A DNA stretch of 64,000 nucleotides from assembly GCA_027323885.1 (NCBI GenBank), contig DAHVZT010000118.1:2333-66332 (forward strand). Reading direction: 5' to 3'. Below are positions 36,381-45,123 of the stretch, one piece after another. Position 1 is the stretch's first letter, and every line of letters starts with the position of its first letter. The notes under the pieces are model-generated. The model did not search any database and had not been told where the DNA came from. It saw only the letters and a program-made list of their open reading frames with translations. The stretch comes from Acidobacteriaceae bacterium. Its GTDB lineage: Bacteria > Acidobacteriota > Terriglobia > Terriglobales > Acidobacteriaceae. A program made the position numbers and the translations under genes.

Positions 36381-38296
36381 ATACTATTTCTCAACCATCT
36401 GCTTCTCCCTCGGCCAGCGCGTGGATTCCTACATTTGGTCCTCTTCTCAAGGAAGACGGCTGTCTCTTTCGGCTGTGGGCCCGTCCCGACGCGAAGATTG
36501 AGCTCGTTCTCGAGAAAGACGGGGACGCGAAGGCGCTCACATTACCGATGGCGCTGCAGCCGAGCGGGATGTTCGAAGTTCAAGTTCCCGGCGTGGGCGC
36601 GGGTACGCGTTACTGGTTCAACATCGATGGAAAAGGTCCTTTTCCAGATCCCGCATCCCGCCGTCAACCGCTTGGCGTGCACGGGCCGTCAGAAGTTGTT
36701 GCGCCCGGAACCTATCGCTGGACCAATCGAAGCTACCGTCCTCCCAACCTGCGAGAGATCGTATTTTACGAACTGCATGTTGGGACCTTCACGCCGGAGG
36801 GGACCTTCGACGCTGTTATCGGCAAGCTGGATTATCTGGGGCAACTTGGCGTCAACGTGATTGAGCTTTTGCCGATCGCCGACTTTGCCGGCGAGCATAA
36901 CTGGGGATATGACGGTGTTTCGTTGTATGCACCGGCGCACACGTATGGTTCCCCGGACGATCTGCGCAGGCTGGTCGATGAGGCGCATGGACGCGGCATC
37001 GGAGTATGTCTCGACGTTGTCTATAACCATCTCGGGCCGGATGGCGCCTACCATTCCACGTTCGCGCCACGGTTTTATAGTGGCAGGCACCACAGTCCAT
37101 GGGGAGACGGTCTCAACTTCGATAGCGAGGGATCGGAACGTGTTCGCAGTTACTTTATCGAGAGCGCATTGCACTGGGTCTTGGATTTCCAGATGGATTG
37201 TCTGCGCGTCGACGCCACCCATGCCATTCAGGACGACAGCAACCCACATTTTCTGACGGAACTTACACAACGTGTACATGCCGCAGCTGAACGGTCGGGC
37301 CGGCGAGTTTATCTCGTCGCGGAGGATGCGCGAAACGAACGAAAAATGGTGCTTCCCGCGGAACAGGGCGGACATGGATTCGACGCAGTCTGGTCAGACG
37401 ATTTTCATCACCATATGCGGCGCCGCACAGCGGGCGATTGCGATGGATACTTCTGCGACTTCGACGGTAAAGCTTCGAGCATTGCAAAAACCGTTCAGAA
37501 TGGATGGTTCTTCGCAGGGGAATATAGCAGCTTTTGGAAGACGGCGCGGGGAACCAGCCCGGACGGTCTAAGCTACGAATCGCGTGTTTTCAACCTCCAG
37601 AACCACGATCAGGTGGGGAACCGCGCACTGGGGGAACGCTTATCGTCCGACACCCCGCGCGAGGTTTATCTGGCCGCGAGCGCGCTGCTGCTGCTCGCAC
37701 CGGAGATTCCACTTATCTTTATGGGACAGGAATGGGCGGCATCCGAGCCTTTCCTGTTTTTCACGGACCACAATCACGATCTGGGCCGAAAGGTGACCGA
37801 GGGCAGGCGCAAGGAGTTCGAGGGATTCAAGGCATTCGATGAGCTGAGTGCGGACGAAATTCCCGACCCGCAGGACAAGCAGACATTTCTTCGCAGTAAA
37901 CTGGACTGGAACGCCCGCGAGAGTTCGCCGCACCTAGGCTGCCTGCGCTGGTACCAGCGTCTGTTGCAGACACGCGGGGTGCTCACCCGTAAAGGGGAGT
38001 TCCGCACCTGCGACGCGATCGGAAATTCCCTGATTACTCTGCATTGGCATTTACCGCAGGGTGAAATGTGGGCTGTTATCGCGCTGGAGGGGCCGTGCGA
38101 GGCGCGGGATGAACGGTGGGGCGGAATGGAAGTTGGATTCAGCAGTGAAGACGGCACGTACGCGGAGGACGGCCAGGCGATTCGTTTTGAGAAAGAGACC
38201 GGGATGATCAGGTTTGCACGCGCAGGAGCAATGGTGTTGTTTCCGGAGGCTATGAAGGACGAGATGCTGCGTCGATCTGCAGGAACGCCGAGATAA
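36377..38296 (+). CDS. treZ: Malto-oligosyltrehalose trehalohydrolase (GH13)
   Basis: GTG 36377 overlaps the GH15 TGA (GTGA). GH13 blocks: YELHVGTFTPEGTF, VCLDVVYNHLGPDG, DCLRVDATHAI, YLVAEDARNE and NLQNHDQVGNR. Confidence 0.9.
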   Translation: MNTISQPSASPSASAWIPTFGPLLKEDGCLFRLWARPDAKIELVLEKDGDAKALTLPMALQPSGMFEVQVPGVGAGTRYWFNIDGKGPFPDPASRRQPLGVHGPSEVVAPGTYRWTNRSYRPPNLREIVFYELHVGTFTPEGTFDAVIGKLDYLGQLGVNVIELLPIADFAGEHNWGYDGVSLYAPAHTYGSPDDLRRLVDEAHGRGIGVCLDVVYNHLGPDGAYHSTFAPRFYSGRHHSPWGDGLNFDSEGSERVRSYFIESALHWVLDFQMDCLRVDATHAIQDDSNPHFLTELTQRVHAAAERSGRRVYLVAEDARNERKMVLPAEQGGHGFDAVWSDDFHHHMRRRTAGDCDGYFCDFDGKASSIAKTVQNGWFFAGEYSSFWKTARGTSPDGLSYESRVFNLQNHDQVGNRALGERLSSDTPREVYLAASALLLLAPEIPLIFMGQEWAASEPFLFFTDHNHDLGRKVTEGRRKEFEGFKAFDELSADEIPDPQDKQTFLRSKLDWNARESSPHLGCLRWYQRLLQTRGVLTRKGEFRTCDAIGNSLITLHWHLPQGEMWAVIALEGPCEARDERWGGMEVGFSSEDGTYAEDGQAIRFEKETGMIRFARAGAMVLFPEAMKDEMLRRSAGTPR

Positions 38297-41187
38297 TGAG
38301 TGTGCTACGAAGAATCAGCTCCACCTACCGCATCCAGTTCACCAAGGACTTCCGCTTTTCCGACGCTAACCTTCTGGTTCCCTATCTTCACCAGCTTGGC
38401 ATCAGCCACATTTATGCTTCTCCCATTCTTCAAGCCCGCCCCGGCAGCTTGAGTGGATACGACACCTGCGATTTCTCACTGATCAACCCTGAACTGGGTG
38501 GGGAAAAAGAATTCAAGTCTCTGGTGGACTCTCTCCACCGTTGTGGAATGGGAATCATCATCGATTTTGTGCCCAACCACATGAGCGCGCATCCGGAGTG
38601 GAACCATTGGTGGCGCAATGTGCTGGCCAATGGCCCCTCCTCTCCGCAATCGGAATACTTCGACATCGACTGGTACCCGGTCAATTCCAATCTTCACGGT
38701 AAAGTTTTGCTGGCCATTCTGGGCAAACAGTATGGCGAAGCGCTGGAGTCGGGCGATCTGCGCATTGAGTACAGGGACGGAGAGATTTGCCTGCTGTATG
38801 GCGACTACAACCTGCCGCTGAACCCGCGTCAGATCCAGGTGTTGCTGCGGCACAAATGGGGCGAGTCAGCGGCCAATGAAGAGATTGCACCAGCCATTCG
38901 CCAGGAATTCGAAAGCATTCTCTTCCATCTGGATCACATCCCCGGCTATCAGCAGAGCGGTCCAGAGGCACGCGCCGATCGCGAACGCGAAACCACGGTA
39001 GCGATGAACCGGTTACGGAAGGTGATTCAGGAAAGCCCGGCGCTGGACCGCCATCTGCGGCGAGTCATCTCCGAATTCAACGGCCAGCCGGGGAACCCCG
39101 ATTCCTTTAACGATCTGCATGTGCTGTTGGAAAAACAGCCCTATCGATTGTCATATTGGCGTACCGCCATGCAGGAGATCAACTACAGACGTTTTTTCGA
39201 CGTAAATGATTTGATCGGCTTGCGCATGGAATATCAGCCGCTTTTTCAGGCCGCGCACGTCAAGCTGTTCGAGCTGGCGGAAAAAGGCCTGATCGATGGA
39301 GTCCGGCTGGACCATATCGATGGATTGTTGAATCCGCTGCAGTATCTGCTGCAACTGAGGGACGCGACCAAAGACCTGCAGCACCCGCTTTACATTGTTG
39401 TGGAGAAGATCCTTGCGCGTCAGGAATGGCTGAACGCGGAATGGCCGGTCGATGGCACGACGGGATATGAGTTCCTGGTGCTGCTGAATGGCTTGTGGGT
39501 AGAAGAGAAGAATTTGCCGGAAATCGATCGTATTTACCGGCGGTTTCGTGGCCAGATGCAACCGGACCAGGACGTGATCTACACAGCGAAAAGGCTGATT
39601 ACGGCGACCTCCATGGCAAGTGAGCTGAATGTTCTTGCCCATGAACTGAATCGGCTATCTGAACAAAACCGCTGCAGCAGGGACTTTACGCTCGACGGAT
39701 TGCAGGAGGCGCTGCGAGAAGTTGTAGCGTGTTTTCCGGTTTACCGCACCTACATCTCGGATCAGGGATTCAGTCCTACGGACGAGATGGCCGTCAACGA
39801 AGCAATTGGCCAGGCACGCCGGAGAAATCCGAATCTGGACTACAGCATTTTCGAATTCATCCGCGAACATATTTGTCCGGTGCGGCGTCCCAAGGAAAGA
39901 GAAGAGCAGTTCGCGCAACGGCTCCGCTTCGCAATGAAATTTCAGCAGTACACCAGCCCGGTGCAGGCCAAAGGCGTGGAAGACACCGTGTTTTATCGGC
40001 ATAGTCCTTTGGCGTCGGTGAATGAAGTAGGCAGCGGGAGCGGGCGCACGAGCACAACTCCGCAGGAGTTTCACGACGCCAACATGCACCGCATGCAGCG
40101 ATGGCCAGATGCCATGCTGACCACCTCCACGCACGACACCAAGCATGGGGAAGACGCGCGAATTCGTATGCATGTGCTGACTGAATTGCCGGATGAATGG
40201 CGCGCTCACCTGCTTCAGTGGACGCATGCCAACGAGCGGGCCAAATCCACCGTAAACGGCCAGGCAGCGCCGGATCGCGCGGACGAATATTTGTACTACC
40301 AGAATCTGCTTGGCATGTGGCCTCCGAAGCAGACCCAGGTTGACGATGATCTGGTTTCGCGCATGAAAAGCTTTATGAACAAAGCCCTGAAGGAGGCCAA
40401 AGTCCACACCAGCTGGATCAATCCTTCCAACGAGTACGATGCCGCAGTAGAAAAGTTTGTGGAGCAAACCTTGCGGGGCATGTGCGCAGAGGCTTTTCTT
40501 CCTGCGTTCGTTCCATTTGCGGAAAAGCTCGCCGCATTCGCGGCCTGGGAATCTGTCTCCCAGATTGCGCTGAAACTGATGAGCCCTGGTGTGGTGGATA
40601 CTTATCAGGGCGGCGAATTGTGGGACCTGAACCTGGTGGATCCCGATAACCGGCGGAAGGTGGATTACGCCACGCGCAAGGCCCGCTTGCAGATGCTGCT
40701 CAAGAAAATCCTTGCTCCTGAGATCAGCAGCCCGGACCGCGAACGCGCCATCGCAGAGCTGCGCGAAAACTGGTGGTCGGGCGACCTGAAGATGTTGTAC
40801 GTCGCTGCCGGGTTGCGCTTTCGTCAGCGTGAAACCGACCTGCTGACGCGCGGCGCCTATGAACCGCTGGAGGTGCAAGGACCAGCAGCCCAACATGTGA
40901 TTGCATTTATCCGGGAGCATAACGGGAAATTCCTGATGACGATCGCCGCGCGCTGGTTCGCCTCTTTGCTCGATACGCCGGACTCTCTGGAGAAATTACC
41001 GGCCGCGCTTCACAACACGTTCGTGGAAATGCCGAAAGAATCGGCTTGGCAGAAGGTGAGCTTTGAGAATCTGATTACGGGCAGCTCCGTGTCGCTGCAA
41101 GAGTACAACGGACGGCTTCGCCTCTCGGCCGGGGACGCGCTCGGCCAACTGCCGGCTGCCTGGATCTCTGGCGTCCACGGGAACTGA
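38296..41187 (+). CDS. treY: Malto-oligosyltrehalose synthase
   Basis: The ATG shares 1 nt with the treZ TAA. Blocks: STYRIQFTKDFRFSDA...LGISHIYASPILQARPGSLSGYD, IIIDFVPNHM, DGVRLDHIDGL, GTTGYEF and TSTHDTKHGEDAR. Confidence 0.9.
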   Translation: MSVLRRISSTYRIQFTKDFRFSDANLLVPYLHQLGISHIYASPILQARPGSLSGYDTCDFSLINPELGGEKEFKSLVDSLHRCGMGIIIDFVPNHMSAHPEWNHWWRNVLANGPSSPQSEYFDIDWYPVNSNLHGKVLLAILGKQYGEALESGDLRIEYRDGEICLLYGDYNLPLNPRQIQVLLRHKWGESAANEEIAPAIRQEFESILFHLDHIPGYQQSGPEARADRERETTVAMNRLRKVIQESPALDRHLRRVISEFNGQPGNPDSFNDLHVLLEKQPYRLSYWRTAMQEINYRRFFDVNDLIGLRMEYQPLFQAAHVKLFELAEKGLIDGVRLDHIDGLLNPLQYLLQLRDATKDLQHPLYIVVEKILARQEWLNAEWPVDGTTGYEFLVLLNGLWVEEKNLPEIDRIYRRFRGQMQPDQDVIYTAKRLITATSMASELNVLAHELNRLSEQNRCSRDFTLDGLQEALREVVACFPVYRTYISDQGFSPTDEMAVNEAIGQARRRNPNLDYSIFEFIREHICPVRRPKEREEQFAQRLRFAMKFQQYTSPVQAKGVEDTVFYRHSPLASVNEVGSGSGRTSTTPQEFHDANMHRMQRWPDAMLTTSTHDTKHGEDARIRMHVLTELPDEWRAHLLQWTHANERAKSTVNGQAAPDRADEYLYYQNLLGMWPPKQTQVDDDLVSRMKSFMNKALKEAKVHTSWINPSNEYDAAVEKFVEQTLRGMCAEAFLPAFVPFAEKLAAFAAWESVSQIALKLMSPGVVDTYQGGELWDLNLVDPDNRRKVDYATRKARLQMLLKKILAPEISSPDRERAIAELRENWWSGDLKMLYVAAGLRFRQRETDLLTRGAYEPLEVQGPAAQHVIAFIREHNGKFLMTIAARWFASLLDTPDSLEKLPAALHNTFVEMPKESAWQKVSFENLITGSSVSLQEYNGRLRLSAGDALGQLPAAWISGVHGN

Positions 41188-41210
41188 ATCGGCGCCGGAT
41201 TTGTGATCTG

Positions 41211-42650
41211 TCAGAGTGCTTCGGAGACGTCCGTATCAGGACGGAAGCCAACCATCTGCATCGCGTTGGGAACTTCGTTGTTGCGCATAAAATAATTCCA
41301 CAAAAAGCCGGTGCGCAGGTTCTCGGCCATCAACACCGTAATGCCAAGATCGATTCCCAGTTGATCCTCGGCAAACCAGTTGGTTTGCGGTTGGAACGCG
41401 TCGACGAAACCATAACGCGTCCACGCCTTTTCGCCATATTTCTGGCGAATGGACAAGAGCACATGCGCACATTCGGCGGGTAGAAAGACCAGAGAGCCGC
41501 CAGTGGCGCATGGAACGATGGTTCCATCGATGCCGCCGAATTCCGGCGGCCCGCCCCAGACGCGGTAGCCGGTCGGAGCCTCAGATGCGGTGATACCCCA
41601 GAGATTCTGATCAATCCAGGGAAACTTTCGCCCTAGAGTAAGGCAAAACAGCTGGTGAGCACGGGTCGCCGCAATGGAGTTGACGAAGTAATTGGCGTGC
41701 GAGTCGCGCAAGTTCCGGAAGTCGCACCATGCGTGGGCGTATTGGTGAATGAAAAGGGGCGCAATACCGCTGATGTACTCGATCCCACCGAACTCGACGA
41801 TGGGACGATGCACCGCATTCCAGGCCGTGGGCGGAATTGCGTTGCGCGGTGCTCCGATCGCCAGCAGGAGCATCGTCAGCATCTCTGCGTAGACATCCCA
41901 CCGGTATTTGATGAAACCCGCCTCCGGTGTCCAGCCCATGGCGAGAGTGTCGCTGCCGTTCAACATCCAATGCCAATCGATGCGCTCGTACAGAGTGGTG
42001 GCCAATGCATGGATTCGCAGATTGCCCGCGAAATATTGACGGCAGGTCAGAATGCCGCAAAGGAGCAGGGAAGTGTCGATGGAAGAAAGCTCCGATCCGA
42101 ACAGCCGCTCGCCGCTTTCTATGTCGAGGAAGTGGTACAGAAAACCGTGTATGTGCGGACATTGTTCCAGCAGGAATGCCAGCGTGGTTTCCACGCGCTG
42201 CTCGCACTCGGACGGGGGCAGATAGTTGCGGCGAGCGGCGACGCATAAGGAGCTCAATCCAAAGCCAGTTGCCGCGATGCTCGCGACCCGGCTGTCGGAA
42301 CGCCCGACGGCAGGCGCATGATCGCGCACCAGCCCCGTTTGCGGATGCGCCTGCTCATAGAAATAGGCAACACCGCGGCCCTCCATATCGTCGAGGAGCA
42401 AATCCACCACGTTGGAGATCTGCGTCATCGGCCGGTTGATGAATTCCCCCGGCGGATGAGGATATTTTTTCGCGATTACGCTTTCCGGAGTAGGCGTCTT
42501 CTCTTCCACCGGTGGAGTGGACGGCTTTTGGGTTTGTGCCGGACTTGGCAGTCCCATCGCCATTCCCGGCAGGCCCATCGCCAGCCCGGCGGCTGCGGAG
42601 GCTCCAGCACGTCGTATCAAATCGCGGCGGGTGACGGTTTTATCTTTCAA
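41211..42650 (-). CDS. Tat-exported DUF3131/'glucoamylase family'-like protein, candidate GH144-type beta-1,2-glucanase
   Basis: The TTG start gives a twin-arginine signal: KDKTVTRRDLIRRAGASAAAGLAMG. QTGLVRDHAPAVGRSDSRVASIAATGFGLSSLCVAARRNYL and SSIDTSLLLCGILTC parallel blocks in the C-terminal half of the 1471-aa synthase-like protein. Assignment to GH144 is from memory of the family pattern. Confidence 0.55.
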   Translation of the reverse strand: MKDKTVTRRDLIRRAGASAAAGLAMGLPGMAMGLPSPAQTQKPSTPPVEEKTPTPESVIAKKYPHPPGEFINRPMTQISNVVDLLLDDMEGRGVAYFYEQAHPQTGLVRDHAPAVGRSDSRVASIAATGFGLSSLCVAARRNYLPPSECEQRVETTLAFLLEQCPHIHGFLYHFLDIESGERLFGSELSSIDTSLLLCGILTCRQYFAGNLRIHALATTLYERIDWHWMLNGSDTLAMGWTPEAGFIKYRWDVYAEMLTMLLLAIGAPRNAIPPTAWNAVHRPIVEFGGIEYISGIAPLFIHQYAHAWCDFRNLRDSHANYFVNSIAATRAHQLFCLTLGRKFPWIDQNLWGITASEAPTGYRVWGGPPEFGGIDGTIVPCATGGSLVFLPAECAHVLLSIRQKYGEKAWTRYGFVDAFQPQTNWFAEDQLGIDLGITVLMAENLRTGFLWNYFMRNNEVPNAMQMVGFRPDTDVSEAL

Positions 42651-42756
42651 CTCGGAGACGGTCCTCGCCTGGTAAGTTTCCCGGAACGGCGTGTGGGGTC
42701 TGAAGGAGCCTGATCCTCTACCTTCGTTTTCCTGGTGAATTACGAGCAGTCAGCTT

Positions 42757-43749
42757 CTAGTACTGAAGTATCCGGTTTATCGCGCTCACCACCCCAGCCA
42801 CGTTGGGCATATAGAACTGCTCCAGCGGTTCGGCGGCGGGAATGGCGGGAACGTCCGGCGCCGAGACCCGGACGATAGGAGCGTCCAGGCAATCGAATGC
42901 CTGCTCCGCGACTGTCGCCGATATTTCCGAGCCAATGCCGAGGGTCCGGTGGTCCTCCTGGACGATACACAAACGGCCAGTCCGGGAGACCGATTCCAAA
43001 ATCGTGTCATGATCGAGCGGGTTCAATACACGAAGATCGATGACCTCCACGCTCGCGCCGTTTTGTTCGGCGACCTGTTCGGCGGCCTGGAGCGCAAGCT
43101 GCAACATGAAGCCGTAGGTGACAATTGTGGCATCTTTTCCCGGACGCCGGATGGCGCAATGGAACAGGTCGGCGAGGAAATCAGGATCTTCGGGCACGTC
43201 TTCTTTGGCTGCCGGCCAGCGGTACAGCTTCTTGTGTTCAAAATACAGCACCGGATCATCCTGGCGGATGCTGGCCTTCAGCATTCCTTTTGCGTCGCTC
43301 GCAGTCGCTGGCGCTACGACGATCAAGCCTGGCTCATGGGCGAACCAGGTGGTGTTCGTCTGGCTGTGGTAAAGGCCTCCGCCCGTTCCGCCACCGTAGC
43401 AGACGCGCAGAGTCAAAGGACAGGTCTGCGTGCCCGCGGAGCGATACCGGAGCTTCGCCGCCTGTTGCGTGATGGCATCCATGGCGGGAGTAATAAAGTC
43501 GACAAACTGAATTTCCGGCACTGGACGCATACCAGCCATTGCCGCCCCGATGGAGGCGCTCAGGATAATTCCTTCGGCCAATGGCGAATCGATGACACGG
43601 TCGCCGCCAAACTCGTCAAACAGTCCTTTTGTGGCCCCGAACGCACCGCCCATCACGCCGACATCTTCGCCGATGATGAACACATTGGGATCGCGCCGCA
43701 TTTCCTCAGCAAGCGCACTATTGATTGCATCCAGATAACTCACCGACAT
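42757..43749 (-). CDS. 2-oxoacid dehydrogenase E1 component, beta subunit
   Basis: 330 aa with FIIGEDVGVMGGAFGATKGL, RVIDSPLAEGIILSASIGAAMAGMRPVPEIQFVDF, and a transketolase-C-like C-terminus. Confidence 0.9.
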   Translation of the reverse strand: MSVSYLDAINSALAEEMRRDPNVFIIGEDVGVMGGAFGATKGLFDEFGGDRVIDSPLAEGIILSASIGAAMAGMRPVPEIQFVDFITPAMDAITQQAAKLRYRSAGTQTCPLTLRVCYGGGTGGGLYHSQTNTTWFAHEPGLIVVAPATASDAKGMLKASIRQDDPVLYFEHKKLYRWPAAKEDVPEDPDFLADLFHCAIRRPGKDATIVTYGFMLQLALQAAEQVAEQNGASVEVIDLRVLNPLDHDTILESVSRTGRLCIVQEDHRTLGIGSEISATVAEQAFDCLDAPIVRVSAPDVPAIPAAEPLEQFYMPNVAGVVSAINRILQY

Positions 43750-43777
43750 AACTTTATCGTCTCGAAAAATTGAATTG

Positions 43778-44884
43778 TTAGAACTTTGGGGAATAGATTT
43801 TGCGGTTTAATTCGCGATCGCGGATATCGAAAGAGTAGAGGTGATCCAGGCAATCGATGGGCTCGGGTTGGGGCGACTTTTCCGCGAACTCGACGGCGGC
43901 ATCCAGCTTCTTGTTGAACTCATCGGTGATCTGCTGCTTCCAGGCGGAAGAGAAAAGGTTTTTATCGCCCAGGTATCTTTCCATCGCGGCAATGGGGTCC
44001 TTCGCCTTCCACTCTTCGACTTCTTCGGCTGTGCGGTATTTTGCCGGATCGATCTCGGAATGGCCGTACCACCGATACGTTTTGGCCTCAATCAGCGTGG
44101 GCCCCCCGCCGTGGCGAGCGCGCTCGATGGCCTCCTGCGCTACGCGATACACTGCAACCACATCATTTCCATCGACGGTAATTCCTGGAAAGCCATAGGC
44201 TGCGGCCTTGATGCTGATGTCTTCCACCTTGGTCTGCAGCTTGACCGAAACCGACTCCGCCCAAAGATTGTTTTGACATACATAGACGATAGGCAGATTG
44301 CGTACGCCTGCGAAATTCAATGCCTCATGCCAAAAACCGAGAGATGTTGAACCTTCTCCGGAAAACGCAACGACCACATCGTCTTTCTTCGTCAACTGGT
44401 TTGCGAGTGCCACTCCGGTGCCGATGTTCAGTTGAGCGGCGATGGTGGAAGCGGGAGTAATGATGTTGAGCGGAGCGTAGCCGGCGTGCGCGGGTGCAGA
44501 ACGGCCCCGATCGGGGCTGGTGGTTCGGCCATAGAGTTGGCTGAACATGGCTTCCAGGGGCACGCCTTTAATCAGGCCTGTGATAAAGTCGCGGTGACTG
44601 GGCGCGATGGTGTCTTCCGGGCGGAGATCGATCGCCACGCCCACTGCCGTGGCTTCCTGCCCGACCGCCGCATAATAGTTGCCCTTGAACCGGGCCTGCT
44701 TCTTCAGAATGCGCGCCCGCTCTTCAAGAAGCCGGCATTGCAGCATTGTCTGGTAAAGCTGCTTAAGCTTATCGTTGCTTATAAGTGGAGCGCTGGAGGA
44801 ACTGCTGGAACTGCTGCCGTTTGCCTTCTGCTTTGTGCCGTTTGCCGCCGCAGCGGCCATCGGTTCCTTCACCTTGGTTGCCAT
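43778..44884 (-). CDS. 2-oxoacid dehydrogenase E1 component, alpha subunit (TPP-binding)
   Basis: TPP motif: GEGSTSLGFWHEALNFAGVRNLPIVYVCQNN. The start is either ATG 44884 (GAGGA upstream) or ATG 44965 (longest ORF). The N-terminus contains a run of 8 Ser. Confidence 0.85.
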   Translation of the reverse strand: MATKVKEPMAAAAANGTKQKANGSSSSSSSSAPLISNDKLKQLYQTMLQCRLLEERARILKKQARFKGNYYAAVGQEATAVGVAIDLRPEDTIAPSHRDFITGLIKGVPLEAMFSQLYGRTTSPDRGRSAPAHAGYAPLNIITPASTIAAQLNIGTGVALANQLTKKDDVVVAFSGEGSTSLGFWHEALNFAGVRNLPIVYVCQNNLWAESVSVKLQTKVEDISIKAAAYGFPGITVDGNDVVAVYRVAQEAIERARHGGGPTLIEAKTYRWYGHSEIDPAKYRTAEEVEEWKAKDPIAAMERYLGDKNLFSSAWKQQITDEFNKKLDAAVEFAEKSPQPEPIDCLDHLYSFDIRDRELNRKIYSPKF

Positions 44885-45123
44885 CTCTGCTCTAATCCTC
44901 GCAAGCTCATTGTATCGCAGCGATTCAGGGAATCTCGCCCCGGAAACCGGGTTCGATGGGCCCATTCCATCTGCCCTGGCCAGACGGCGGACCTGCCATC
45001 GTTTTTGTGCAAAATCTTTGTATCCAGCAGTGCTTATGCTGGTGACGAACAGATTTCGCAGGTTTCAATGCCCTCCGCACCACCTGCGTCCCACTTCCGC
45101 GATATCTCTCCCGTCCTGCTGGT

